DNA of 64,000 nt, from assembly GCA_965218095.1 (NCBI GenBank), contig OZ244587.1:3328001-3392000 (forward strand). Reading direction: 5' to 3'. The DNA comes from Candidatus Poribacteria bacterium (GTDB lineage: Bacteria; Poribacteria; WGA-4E; PCPOR2b). Below the pieces are notes generated by a model. It was not told the DNA's origin. It saw only the letters and a list, made by a program, of their open reading frames with translations, and made no database searches. Of this stretch, positions 1 to 10,897 are shown in pieces. The position numbers and the translations under genes are program-made. Within the stretch, counting starts at the first letter, position 1, and the number at the start of each line of letters is the position of its first letter.

Positions 1-2336
1 TCACTGCACGCGGCGTTTCAAACAGCCTTCGCAAAGCAGCCGGTCATTATTACAGCCCTCACCGGCAGTGGAAAGTCCACAATGGTCCCGCTCTGGTGCG
101 CAGAATTGTCAGAAGTCCCGATCCTGGTTATGGAGCCGCGTCGCATCGCGTGCCGTTCACTTACCCGTTAGCTCTCAAAACTCTGGGGGGACCCGCTAGG
201 AACTTCAGTCGGTTACACAGTGAGGTTTGAGGATGTTAGTTCTGAAGCAACCCGCATCCGATTTGTGACGCCGGGCGTTGCGTTACGCTATGCAGCTAAC
301 GGAGAACTTGACAGGTACGAGACAATCATACTTGACGAATTTCATGAACGTGGGCTGGAATCTGATCTCTTTCTGGCGATTTGTCAAAAAAAGCACGCAG
401 GTGCCCGGCTCGTCGTGATGTCTGCGACAATAGATGCTCCGCGACTCGGTCGATTCATCGGTGGGGAATCGCTATCCGCAGAAGGAAGGGGCTGCCCGGT
501 TGATATGCGTTACCTTGGTGATGTTACTGTCCCTACGTCGTGGCGGTTGGCGGAGCGTGTGGAGCGTGGTGTACATCGAGCGTTGAGAGAAACAGATGGA
601 AACATATTGGTCTTCTTGCCGGGCAAGAAGGAAATTTCCGCGTGTCTGGATCAACTACGCTGTCTGAGAAATGTGGATGTTTTGCCGTTGCACGGCGATC
701 TGCCAACGGCGGAACAGGATCGGGTTTTTGAGGAAACCTCACGCTGTCGCGTCATTTTGGCAACGAATGTCGCCGAAACTTCCGTCACACTGCCGGGCAT
801 AACGGCGGTTGTAGATTCGGGCTTAGTGCGTCAGCGCATCCATCAGGCATAACGGGGTGTTCTGGCGTTATGTTCCATATCGCAAGCCTCGGCTGAACAA
901 CGACGCGGACGGGCGGGAAGGCTGATGCCGGGTGTCTGCTTCCGGCTGTGGGAAGCACACGGACACCTCGAAACGGAGACACCACCTGAGCTCATACGGG
1001 AAGATTTGGCGCAATTTGTGGCGGTTGCCGCAGCGGGATTTTGTCCGCAGGACCTGGAATTTCTTGATGCACCGCCGGCTTTCGCCGTTGAACGCGCCCA
1101 AGAACAATTGAAGCGATGGGGCGTCCTCTCTCAGGAAGAGGTTCTGACGGATTTTGGGCGGAAGCTGTCCTTACTCCCTGTAGACGTTTCCTATGCACGG
1201 TTGCTGGTCAAGGCGCCGTCTGCTATTCGCCGCTTGTGGACCTGATTGCGACACTGGAACATCCTGCACCGTTGTGGCGGAGATTGGATGTGCTTCCATC
1301 GGTTGAGACCGCAGCCATTTCTGAAGCACGACGGAAGGATTTAGTGCGATCTCATTGTGATGCCACCGCGATGATTCTGACGTTGCGGTGCGGCAACCCC
1401 AAACGTCATTATCTTCACGGTGCGGCTGTCGCAGAATGCCGACGAGTTGCTTCTCAACTCCGCTCGCTCTTTGGCTTACCTTCCCTTGACGGAGATCAAG
1501 CGCCTGCTCAACCGGATCGGCCTGCACTGATACGCTATCTGTTGCGGGAATGGTCGGATTGCGCTTACGTCCGACGGCGCAAAGGGGATGCGTGGGGGAA
1601 TAGTCAGGACGAGGTGCTGTTGGATGCCAGTTCACTGATTCGCCCGGAAACAAATGCTGCGTTCATTCTCGAAAGAGAAGGGCTTGCAAAAGGGATGCGG
1701 GTTCAACTCTTGGGGCGTACTGCTCTCCCCTGTACCTTTGCGGATTTATAGGCAGCCGGATTAGGGATGCTGCATTTGAAGGAACCGAAAGTTAGTTGGA
1801 GATGAAGTAATTGGGGAGGTTAGCTTCGTATACGCCGGTCGAGAAATTGGACGCGAACGCCAACCTTTGACCGGTGCGCTGCTCAGAGCGGCTGTCGCAG
1901 ATCTTATCCTTTCAGGAAGGCTCTTCCCGAAGTTGGGAGAGCGCCTGATTGAGCGTATCAACACTTATAATCTCTATGCTGCGATAAAAAGGATATGGTT
2001 GGTGTGGAACCTCGTGCGTGGCTACTTTCACACCTCGCCGATTGGGGCGTCGAGGCTGAACAGGATTGGCTGTTGTTGTCGCCTGATGATTTTTCATTTA
2101 CGCTGATTGATGAAGAAACATTCGCAGAAATCAACAGAAGTTACCCGCAGAGGTTCTCCATGAATGGCGCAAAGTTCCGTGTTGAATATAAACCGCGGGA
2201 ACGGTTGGTTACGCTGAAGTGGGTTAGTGGCGTTCGGCAGCCACTCCTGAGCCCGTGGATGCTGCCCTATTGGGACGGTTGGAAGGTACAAGCTGATATT
2301 CGTGGGCAACTGAGAACGCTGCGTCCTGAGAATTGA
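1..2336 (+). pseudogene. hrpB: HrpB-like DEAH-box RNA helicase, disrupted (5' end outside window)
   Basis: Motifs TGSGKST, EPRRIAC, DEFHER, MSAT, ATNVAETSVT, QRRGRAGR. In-frame stops TAG 169-171, TAA 850-852 and TAG 1749-1751. Frameshifts near 1230, 1770 and 1990. Confidence 0.88.
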
Positions 2337-2778
2337 GCTTGAACTTTCTCAGGGGAATGATTTCACTGACCTGTACTACAAGTTTTCAGCGATTGACGTC
2401 TCGGCGCTCAGAATGAAAACCATGAAACTGCTGCGATTTGAGTCGCGTTAAAGAATTTGCCGGATAGTATGTCATTCAAGAATGAGTCGGTTATTGTCAA
2501 CAAAATTTTTCAGTGGAAAACACGGGTGCTAGATAGAATTTTCCAAAGCGGGTTGAAAACAAAACGCTTGCTTCAATTCTGCATCTGTGCTATACTATTA
2601 CTTCATCTTTCGCTGTTTTGGATCGTGAGTTTTTTAAGGGATGACCCACAAGATCTGATATGAATAGATGCGGATTCGGAAAAAATAAGCGAACGGTGGG
2701 TATCACGGTTTATCATCATAAAATAAGTAAACTCCAAATCGCAACAGTTAGGCGGCAGCCTAAGAATGTCACTGTAAT

Positions 2779-3750
2779 ATGAGGGGGAATTCGTTGAAAA
2801 ACATATACACGGTTGTAATTATGTCATCCGCTCAAGATTCAGTACGCCAATTCTCGGTTGGACATTGGTCCTTGCTGTTCTTATGTCTTTTATTTCTTAT
2901 GACAATCGGTGCCGCTGCCATAGGCGTTGGCTATGGTATCCGCTACAAGACCGAGTTACAAGATGAAATCGCAGCCAACAAACAGCTTGGGAAAAAAGTT
3001 GAAAGGTATGATGAAGAAATGCGGGGCATCCAGAAAGAAATGCGAGATGTCCGTGAAATGGCAGGGACGGTGCGTCATGCTTTAGGCTTTGATCGAGAGA
3101 AAGGTATCATTGGGCAAGGAGGGGACGGTTTCGACGCTGAGGAAGTTAACCATAATGAACAGACAAATTCGATTTCCGAAACCCAACCTGCTATTATGGC
3201 TATCCATACCGATCTCAGCGGTGATTCTCCAATCGCTCGAATTGTCCAGTTAAAAAGCGAGATCGAACCGATCTATAGACACGTAAAAAGCAATATCAAA
3301 GAGGTCAGTGAAAAACCCTTGATTTTGCCGATCGACGTGCCAACCGATAGCGAAACGCCGTTGTACTGGTATTCCTCCCTGTTTGGATGGCGGCCACATC
3401 CGCTAACGAAAAAACGTCACTTTCATCGTGGATTGGACATTTCGACCCGTAAGGGAACCCCGGTGATTGCCACAGCTAATGGTGTTGTTACTCAAGCCGA
3501 GTATGACCGATATCTGGGAAATATGGTTCAGATAACACATCAGTCCACACAGACAAAGACGCTATACGGACACCTGAAAAAGCACGCTGATGGCATTCGT
3601 GTTGGGAAAAAAGTAAAGCGCGGTGAAACTATCGGTTACGTGGGAAATACCGGCAAAAGCACAGGCACTCATTTGCATTACGGCGTCTATACCAAAGGCA
3701 AGTGGCAGAATCCGAAGAACTACATCTTTGATGATTCTCAGGTTCGTTAG
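2779..3750 (+). CDS. M23 family metallopeptidase with N-terminal TM and coiled coil
   Basis: HRGLDIS (HxxxD), YGHL and TGKSTGTHLHY (HxH) motifs. Start may be TTG 2794. Confidence 0.92.
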   Translation: MRGNSLKNIYTVVIMSSAQDSVRQFSVGHWSLLFLCLLFLMTIGAAAIGVGYGIRYKTELQDEIAANKQLGKKVERYDEEMRGIQKEMRDVREMAGTVRHALGFDREKGIIGQGGDGFDAEEVNHNEQTNSISETQPAIMAIHTDLSGDSPIARIVQLKSEIEPIYRHVKSNIKEVSEKPLILPIDVPTDSETPLYWYSSLFGWRPHPLTKKRHFHRGLDISTRKGTPVIATANGVVTQAEYDRYLGNMVQITHQSTQTKTLYGHLKKHADGIRVGKKVKRGETIGYVGNTGKSTGTHLHYGVYTKGKWQNPKNYIFDDSQVR

Positions 3751-4435
3751 ACCATACAAAATTTGAGGCTCCTGAGATTTTCGCAACTTGGTGTGACGCC
3801 AGAACTGGTGAGCGATTGCGCCACAGGCGCGATAAAAATGCTCCGAGACTCAGCCACCAAGCGAGTTGTCGACAATCGGCACGGCTCCTGCGCACTCAAC
3901 GGTGGAACCGCCGAACAGGGTCGGAATTTTGGGATAAAACCTCACAGCGGCGAGTCGGGAACGGAGTCAACAAGAAGATTGGGAGAGACCGCATTGAACT
4001 GAAATTCCCTTCTTTTAGTCACCACAGCGATTTCTTATACGATATTTCTATAATGAATCGGGCATTCCCTTGTTACATCGTATATTACGTTGGGAAAGCC
4101 CGTTTTCTATTTAACGAAGATTTTCACAATTCAAATGTATTTTTAGCAGTGTCAGTTTGCGCGACGATCTTGCTTAAACTTAAACCCATTATCATTCGCA
4201 ACGTCCAATTTTTTATCAATCCGAACCTTCCTTCCAGTGAATCCCATATCGATTATCAAATCACATTGAAATTTCATCAAGTTGAAGGTTATATTGGTGG
4301 ATTCACAGTCTCATTCCACAAATCACGCTTCTTCTTCAAAAAACGATCAATCAGATTCAACCTCACAAGAACGGTGGACACCCTTGTTTTGCGTTTTACG
4401 TTAAAATCCTGGAAACGTAATTGGAGGGTCGGCAT

Positions 4436-5938
4436 ATGAAGAACCCATTTCGGCAGTTTCTGGTTCGTTCTGCATTCGGAATGTTAAAGATAGGCACCAG
4501 GTTGAACTGGGCAATTTGCCTCATTTCCCCATCGTGCCCACACATGAAGTGGGAGCACCGTTTTCTCGTCCTTTCTCTCCTCATCACGGATCTGTGCTCG
4601 GGTGGAATTTCAGCGGAGTGGATAAAGGATACGAATCAAAACATGCCGGTCTGCACTGCAAAGGATGAGCAGCATTTTCCCGACCTGATTTCCGATGGTC
4701 ACGGTGGCATCATCGTTGCTTGGCAAGATGTAAGAAACAAAAATCGGGATGTCTTCGCGCAGCGGGTCAGTGAAGATGGCGAGATGCTTTGGGGGAATGA
4801 TGGCGTTCCTGTTTGTAATCTGACCAGTCCACAAGTCGTGCCTATTGTTGTGACCGACGCACAGGGGGGCGCAAGCATTGTCTTTGGAGATTCTCGTCAC
4901 GGAAACCAGGACATCTACGCGCAGCGGATCGACGCTAAGGGTAAGTTGCTTTGGGATAAAGATAGCATTCCCGTCTGCGTAGAAACTTCGCAGCAGGGCG
5001 ATGTCAAAGCCATTTCCGATGGGCGAGGGGGTATGATCGTCGTGTGGGAAGATTGGCGGAATGAAAATCAAGATATCTATGCCCAACGGATCAGCAGCGA
5101 TGGAAAGCCGGCCTGGAAGGTGAATGGCGTTCCTGTCTATCGAGGGGACGGCGATCAGTATGACCCTTTTTTGACGACAGATGAAAACGGTGGCGCAATC
5201 ATCGTCTGGTGGGACATCAGCACACCGGATTGGAACATCTTCGTTCAACGCATCAATGCCGCGGGAGAACCTGTTTGGGGAACTGAAGGCGTTCCTGTAT
5301 GTACAGCCCTCGGCAATCAAGGCGGTCCATTCATTGTCGCTGATGGTTCAGGCGGTGCGTTTGTTGTCTGGTCGGACTATCGCAACGATCCAAATATCTA
5401 TACCAGCGCAGATCTTTACGCCCAGCGAATCAATTCCGACGGACAACCGTTGTGGAAAAACGACGGAATCAGTATCTGTAACGATCCGTCAAATCAACAG
5501 CAACCAGAGGGCATCAGCGACGGCATGGGCGGGGTGATTGTTGTCTGGTGGGATGATCGCGATATTTTCTCCGACATTTACGCGCAGCGAATCCGTCCGG
5601 ACGGGACCCTGGCGTGGGAGATTAACGGGATCCCAATATGCGTTGCGGGAGGCGTGCAGCGTGAGCCGCGCCTTGTCTCCGACGGTTCACGAGGAGCTGT
5701 TGTCTACTGGATGGATTATCGCGACGATTACGGGGATGTCACCGTTGATGCGATTTATGCCCAACGGATCAACGCAAGCGGCAAATCCCTTTGGGCGTTC
5801 AACGGTATCCCTGTATGCATGGCTGACGGGGCTCAGAGGACGCCGCGTGCGATTTCCAATGGTAACGGTGGTGCTTTTGTTGTTTGGGGTGATCAACGGA
5901 ACGAAGATCCGGACATATATCTCCATCAGATTCCTTGA
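4436..5938 (+). CDS. Secreted repeat (beta-propeller-like) protein
   Basis: About 8 repeats of SDGxGGxIVVWxDxRxxxxDIYAQRIxxxGxxxWxxxGVPVC. Start uncertain (4436 or 4545). Confidence 0.85.
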   Translation: MKNPFRQFLVRSAFGMLKIGTRLNWAICLISPSCPHMKWEHRFLVLSLLITDLCSGGISAEWIKDTNQNMPVCTAKDEQHFPDLISDGHGGIIVAWQDVRNKNRDVFAQRVSEDGEMLWGNDGVPVCNLTSPQVVPIVVTDAQGGASIVFGDSRHGNQDIYAQRIDAKGKLLWDKDSIPVCVETSQQGDVKAISDGRGGMIVVWEDWRNENQDIYAQRISSDGKPAWKVNGVPVYRGDGDQYDPFLTTDENGGAIIVWWDISTPDWNIFVQRINAAGEPVWGTEGVPVCTALGNQGGPFIVADGSGGAFVVWSDYRNDPNIYTSADLYAQRINSDGQPLWKNDGISICNDPSNQQQPEGISDGMGGVIVVWWDDRDIFSDIYAQRIRPDGTLAWEINGIPICVAGGVQREPRLVSDGSRGAVVYWMDYRDDYGDVTVDAIYAQRINASGKSLWAFNGIPVCMADGAQRTPRAISNGNGGAFVVWGDQRNEDPDIYLHQIP

Positions 5939-6065
5939 GCTTCGTGAGAAATTTTTGTGCTGCACAGCTAGGCTTGGTGAACAAAAACTCCACCGCCGAA
6001 GTCGGACGGTAAAATTCTGACCACGAAACCTAGGAGATGGTAAATTTCTGGATTCGTTGATTCGT

Positions 6066-7937
6066 CTATTTTTTGGCACGAAAGACGCCACTGCCGTTGG
6101 TCCCTGCATAGAGCATCTTCCCGGAAGCCACCAATGCTGTGACACTCGGATTTGTCAATCCCGCGTTGACAGACAGCCAAATATTTCCCCCATCCCCAGA
6201 CTGAAAGATTCCACTGCCCAAAGAGCCCGCGTAAAGGGTCGTTCCGGAAGCCACCAAAGATCTGATGTCGGGATTCGTCAATCCTGTGTTAATCGGTGCC
6301 CACGTATCGCCGCCATCCTCAGAACGAAAAACTCCGCTGTCCAAGGTGCCCGCATAGAGCGCCATATCCACAGCCAACAGTGCATAGATGTCTGCCTTTG
6401 TCAACTCCGTTTTGACCCAGGTGTTTCCCCTATCTTCGGAACGAAAGACCCCACCGCCCAGTGTGCTCACATACACTACTTTGCCCAAAACCGCAAAAGA
6501 CGTCACACTAAAACTGATCAACCCGGTGTTGACCCAGGTGTTTTTCTGTTTGTCAAAACGAAAAACACCGCCGTCGGTGCCTGCATAGAGTGTGGTGTCC
6601 AAAACCCACAATGCGTAGATACTAAAATTCGTCAAGCCCATTTCTATCCATATCCGCCCTCTGTCCTCAGAACGAAAGACCCCATTCCCTAGTGTACTTA
6701 CATAGAGCCTCCCGTTTGAAGCGACCAACGAAAAAACATCGGGACTAGCCAAGCCGGTGTTGATCCATGTGTCCCCTCTATCTTTGGAACGAAAAACCCC
6801 GCTGCCCAAAGTGCTCGCATAGAGCATTGTATCATCAATTACCAGAGAGGTGACCTGGGGGGACGTTAAGCCTGTACTGACTTGTGTCCAAGTAGCGCCG
6901 CCATCTTCGGAACGAAAAATTCCACTGCCACTGGTGCCTGCATAGAGCGCGGTGTCCAGAACCAATAATGAGAAAATATTGGTTCTGGACAATCCGGTAT
7001 TGATCGCGTGCCAGGTGTCCTTCTCACTCCCTAATCGAAAAATACCACCGGAGGTCGCCACATAGAGGTTTATATCCAGAAACGAAAACGACCAAATGCT
7101 GAGATTCAGTAATCCCATATTGCGCCAGGTCTCCTGCGCCGCATCGTAGCGAAAAACCCCCTTCATATCACTACCCGCATAGAGCGTCCCCTCAGAAACC
7201 GCCAAAGACATGACATCAACATCTGTCAACCCTGTGTTGCGCCAGGTATTCCCTTCATCGTCCGAGCGATAAACTCCGCCCCCCAAAGTGCCCGCGTAAA
7301 GCGCGGTGTCCCAGATCGATAACGCCAAAACGCTTGTGTGTCTCAATCCCATGTTGACTTGGGTCCAGGTATCTCCTCCATCTTCAGAGCGATAGACCCC
7401 ACCACGCAAAGTGCCTGCGTAGAGCGTCGTGTCCAAAGCAGACAATGCCCTGACGTCGGGACTCATCAATCCCGTGTTGACTTGGGTCCAGGCGTCCCCC
7501 GCATCCACCGACCGAAAAACCCCGCTCGGCGTGCCTGCATAGAGCGTTGCGTCCACGACCAACAGTGCAGTGATATTATGATTCTTCAAGCCTGTGTTGA
7601 TCGGTTTCCAGGTCTGCCCTCCATCCTTGGAACGGAAAACTCCGCCCAGAATGCCGGCATAAAGTGTACCGTTGGCGGTCGCCCGGAGGACGCGGATTTC
7701 ACCGCCGTAGGGACCATTTGTCTGCTCCCATATCAACCCCCTTGCGGAGGAGGATAACGTGCCACGGAGGAAACCGCAACTTTGACAACTGAGTAACGCG
7801 ACTATCAACGCAAAGATATGGACAGCGCGTCCTGCCTGTCGCAGCAAAAAATCGAAGTGTACCATCGTTTTTAGCCTATTTCTACATCTGAATTTTTTGT
7901 GATTTAACCTTGAATTTAGAGCGAACTTCTGTGACAA
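6066..7937 (-). CDS. BNR/Asp-box beta-propeller repeat protein, probably exported
   Basis: About 14 repeats of LYAGTxGxGVFRSxDxGxTWxxxNTGL after a hydrophobic, Cys-containing N-terminal segment. True start may be ~7865. Confidence 0.88.
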   Translation of the reverse strand: MSQKFALNSRLNHKKFRCRNRLKTMVHFDFLLRQAGRAVHIFALIVALLSCQSCGFLRGTLSSSARGLIWEQTNGPYGGEIRVLRATANGTLYAGILGGVFRSKDGGQTWKPINTGLKNHNITALLVVDATLYAGTPSGVFRSVDAGDAWTQVNTGLMSPDVRALSALDTTLYAGTLRGGVYRSEDGGDTWTQVNMGLRHTSVLALSIWDTALYAGTLGGGVYRSDDEGNTWRNTGLTDVDVMSLAVSEGTLYAGSDMKGVFRYDAAQETWRNMGLLNLSIWSFSFLDINLYVATSGGIFRLGSEKDTWHAINTGLSRTNIFSLLVLDTALYAGTSGSGIFRSEDGGATWTQVSTGLTSPQVTSLVIDDTMLYASTLGSGVFRSKDRGDTWINTGLASPDVFSLVASNGRLYVSTLGNGVFRSEDRGRIWIEMGLTNFSIYALWVLDTTLYAGTDGGVFRFDKQKNTWVNTGLISFSVTSFAVLGKVVYVSTLGGGVFRSEDRGNTWVKTELTKADIYALLAVDMALYAGTLDSGVFRSEDGGDTWAPINTGLTNPDIRSLVASGTTLYAGSLGSGIFQSGDGGNIWLSVNAGLTNPSVTALVASGKMLYAGTNGSGVFRAKK

Positions 7938-8003
7938 TACTTACAGTTAAACCACTAATATCCTTGTAAAATAGTGTATTAGTGAGCACGATGGTTTACA
8001 CTT

Positions 8004-8036
8004 TTTTCACCGCCGAGGCGCAGAGAACACAGAGGG
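8004..8036 (+). repeat. Short 9-mer-type tandem repeat (cgccgagg/cgcagagaa/cacagagg)
   Basis: ttttcaccgccgaggcgcagagaacacagaggg resembles the intergenic 'AEAQRTQR'-type repeats. Confidence 0.45.
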
Positions 8037-8209
8037 CGCCCCGAGTCAAGGTGGGCGATTCGTCCGCTTCTGTTCTCGTTTTCCTCGTTTTTTCAACTGT
8101 AAGCCATCACCTTGACCAATACAATCTTTGTAAAATAGGAGTGGATAATCAAGGGGGGTTTCAGGCAAAGATAGCTTTCTAACTCAACGCTGAAAGGAGA
8201 GAAACCACG

Positions 8210-8569
8210 ATGAGACAATTTGGAATCGCAATGCTAGTCGTAGTCTTATTTCTGTTTAGCTGTTCCCAAAAGCAAGACACATCGTCGGCGGGTTTAGCGG
8301 GGATCGCCGTCGCACCGGCGCTGGAAACGATAACGCTTGAAGTCGACGGCATCGCTTGAGGTGGGTGCGTCCATACAGTGCAGTTAGCACTGAAAGAAGT
8401 TCCGGGCGTTTCCTCGGTTCACATGGATATGACTACCAGAAAGGCCGTCGTTCAAGTTGAAAAGGGGAAGGCTACTGAAGATCAACTCGTGGATGCGATC
8501 AGTAACGCAAATGGCATGCACGAATATCGCGCAACTGTTGTTAAGCCAGACCCAAAATTTGGCGATTGA
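8210..8569 (+). CDS. Selenocysteine-containing HMA (CopZ/MerP-like) metal-binding lipoprotein, UGA at 8357-8359
   Basis: RBS aaggag and ATG 8210. Lipoprotein signal (LFSC). LEVDGIA-TGA-GGCVHTVQLALKEVPGV aligns with GMxCxxC. In frame with ORF 8378-8569. Confidence 0.88.
8376..8392 (+). promoter_or_regulatory. Candidate bacterial SECIS hairpin
   Basis: CAGTGC-AGTTA-GCACTG; the loop starts 22 nt after the UGA, with G at loop position 2. Confidence 0.7.
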
Positions 8570-8739
8570 GACCAACTCGTTATTATAAATCCAGCCTATG
8601 CCGAGCCTCTTGTTGAGATACCGGTGTCAACGCATTGGACACTTTAAGTGTAATATATATCTCTTTCGAGTGGGGGTGAGACGCCAGAATCTCAACATTG
8701 ATGTGGTCTACATCAGCAATACTATCGCGGTGGTATTTA

Positions 8740-9663
8740 ACCCAAGTTGCTAGTAATTGAAAATCCATGGGTTTTCCGTTAAAGTAGAGGTAATCCAAAC
8801 CATAATACCTCAAAGGAGAAACCCATGGACATCCAAATTGCAACCATTTTCTATCTCTGTGACAAGCTCTTAGAAGCACTCAACTCAAAACCACACCCAC
8901 AAACGCAGATGTCTGATGCCGAAGTGATGACCACCGGCATCGTCGCTGCGTTGTTCTTCGGGGCAAACTTGCAAACCACTTGTGACTTTCTAAAGACTCA
9001 TGGCTATATACCCAAGATGCTTTCAAAAAGTCGATTCAACCGACGACTTCATCGAATTAAACCGATGTTCACCACATTGTTCAAAATCTTGGGACGAAGC
9101 TATGTGCAACTTAATCAACAGAAAATCTATGCACTGGATACCATACCAATTGCTGTTTGTTCCGCATTCGTCGGTCAAAAATCTACACCGATAAGGCATA
9201 TCGAGGCTATCAAGCGTCCAAACGTCGGTATTTCTATGGCTTGAAAGTTCATCTGCTAGTGACTGCGAGTCGACACCCTGTTGAATTTTTTGTGACCCCA
9301 GCCAGTACAGGGGACGTTGAAGGGTTACAGTGGTTTGACTTCGACTTGCCACCGGGCTATGGTGACAAAGCATACAATAATTATGAGATAGAAGATATTG
9401 TTACATCAGTCGGAGTCGAATTAAAGCCAGTACGCAAGAAGAATTCCAAGCGGCTGTATCCACCATGGGAGACCTACTTGGCTAATTACCATCGTAAGTC
9501 TGTTGAGACGGCTGGCAGTTTGATTAACAAACTGCTTCCACGTTCAATCCATGCAGTAACGCAACACGGATTTGAATTGAAAGTGGTCTTGTTTGTATTG
9601 GCTAGCAGTATCAATCAGCTCTGAGTTCACTCACATATTCGATGAATAGGTCGCAACTTGGGT
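8740..9663 (+). mobile_element. IS982-family insertion sequence (defective)
   Basis: TIRs ACCCAAGTTGC (8740) and GCAACTTGGGT (9663). 6-bp direct repeat TATTTA at 8734-8739 and 9664-9669. Confidence 0.92.
8825..9624 (+). pseudogene. IS982 DDE transposase, frameshifted near 9160
   Basis: MSDAEVMT, SRFNRR, YFYGLKVH, GDKAY and RKSVET motifs split across ORFs 8825-9244 and 9157-9624. Confidence 0.9.
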
Positions 9664-9959
9664 TATTTAAGAAAAAAATGAACCTAGTAGTCGATCTCCG
9701 TTTCACTCACACTCAATTGAATTTTACCATTGAACATGGTCATCGCCGCTCTCTCTGATGCCGAAAGTTGTTGATCTTTTTGGATAGCTAATTTGAAGGA
9801 GGCACTTCGATTAGAGATAATAAGTGACTCTATCAAATCCTCCTTTAGCTGACATAAACCCAGATACCAGTCTGCAACGGAATGAGCCCCAAAATCAATC
9901 AAAACTGATTTTTGATCGGCAAGATTCTCCACACGAATTTCAACAGGTAACTTCAAAAA

Positions 9960-10157
9960 CATCTTCATTTGGACGTTTTGCAATATTTCCCCAGTTTCTG
10001 GATTCAGTTGTTCCAAATGAAGATGGTTATCTTTTAAATCTGCGGGTTTCGCCCTGTATTGCCACTGAACATCTTGACTGCGCTACTTTCCGGGTTCGAC
10101 CTCTACCGGATTTCTCCCCCATTTTTCTCTTGCCAGTGCCCTTGCTTCACGTCCATT
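9960..10157 (-). pseudogene. Orphan polymorphic-toxin C-terminal domain remnant
   Basis: ARALAREKWGRNPVEVEPGK*RSQDVQWQYRAKPADLKDNHLHLEQLNPETGEILQN with TAG 10083-85 and no start codon. Family recalled, not searched. Confidence 0.55.
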
Positions 10158-10158
10158 C

Positions 10159-10611
10159 TCAAGTTTCCGCCCCAGATTTCGCCAACTTATCAACCTCTTT
10201 GAAGAATTTACCGATCGTCATCTTAGATGCTCCACCGATGATTCTCTGTCCCACACGGGCAAGTTTGCCGCCAACCGTCAATTCCCCGTCAAGTGCGACC
10301 GCTGTTTGATCCGTCTCGTTCTCCTCCAGGGTAAAATCACAAGCCCCCTTGAGAAACCCGATTTTGCTTTCACCTTGAACGACCAGGCGATACGCTGAAG
10401 GCGGCTGTTTATTCTCGATTTTCACTGAGCCTGTATACGTTCCTTTAATTGAGGCAATTCCTACCTTAATGGTCGCTTCAAAGGTATCGTCACCAAGCGG
10501 TTTAAGTTCTTCGCAACCGGGGATACATTGTTGTAAGAGTTCAGCCTCCGTAAAATACTCCCATACCTTTTCACGGGGGGCAGGTACTGTGTAATCGCCT
10601 TTGATCTGCAT
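10159..10611 (-). CDS. coxG: CoxG / SRPBCC family protein
   Basis: LQQCIPGCEEL and GGKLARVGQR motifs; downstream of coxM. Confidence 0.9.
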   Translation of the reverse strand: MQIKGDYTVPAPREKVWEYFTEAELLQQCIPGCEELKPLGDDTFEATIKVGIASIKGTYTGSVKIENKQPPSAYRLVVQGESKIGFLKGACDFTLEENETDQTAVALDGELTVGGKLARVGQRIIGGASKMTIGKFFKEVDKLAKSGAET

Positions 10612-10657
10612 TTCTTATTTCCTCATATTGTTAGTAAAGTTTACTTTGTCAAAAAGA

Positions 10658-10830
10658 TTAATCAGTTTTACGGCGATCTTTTCCATAGTGCTTAAATGCC
10701 TCTGCCAGTCTTCTCCAATCGTCCTTGTCCTCGAATATTTCCTTTAGGAAAACCATATCATCAATCTCAACAAACTCGGGCCAGAAAAGCCTGCTATAGA
10801 AGAGCGCATAAAATCCGGATCCTTCTGCGT
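10658..10830 (-). pseudogene. Fragment of a hypothetical (immunity-like) gene
   Basis: Reads YALFYSRLFWPEFVEIDDMVFLKEIFED...; frameshifted; directly downstream of a toxin remnant. Confidence 0.45.
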
Positions 10831-10897
10831 GAAGGAGGTCAGGTCAAAGAAGTTAAATCCCGTTGTATCACGATTTGAGTACATCGTATGAAGTCGT

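Larger units (their letters stand above)
8583..9971 (-). pseudogene. Hypothetical (immunity-like) gene split by IS982 and a TAG
   Basis: Removing the IS and one TSD restores ...EIDY*(9684-86)VHFFLKYHRDSIADVDHINVE...LDL-stop. Confidence 0.7.

Noticed and set aside
3816-4439. 207-aa ORF, and similar shadow ORFs (6057-6692, 14552-15169, 23669-24532, 34588-35391, 62661-63491)
   Set aside because: No motifs or RBS; most are antisense to well-supported genes.
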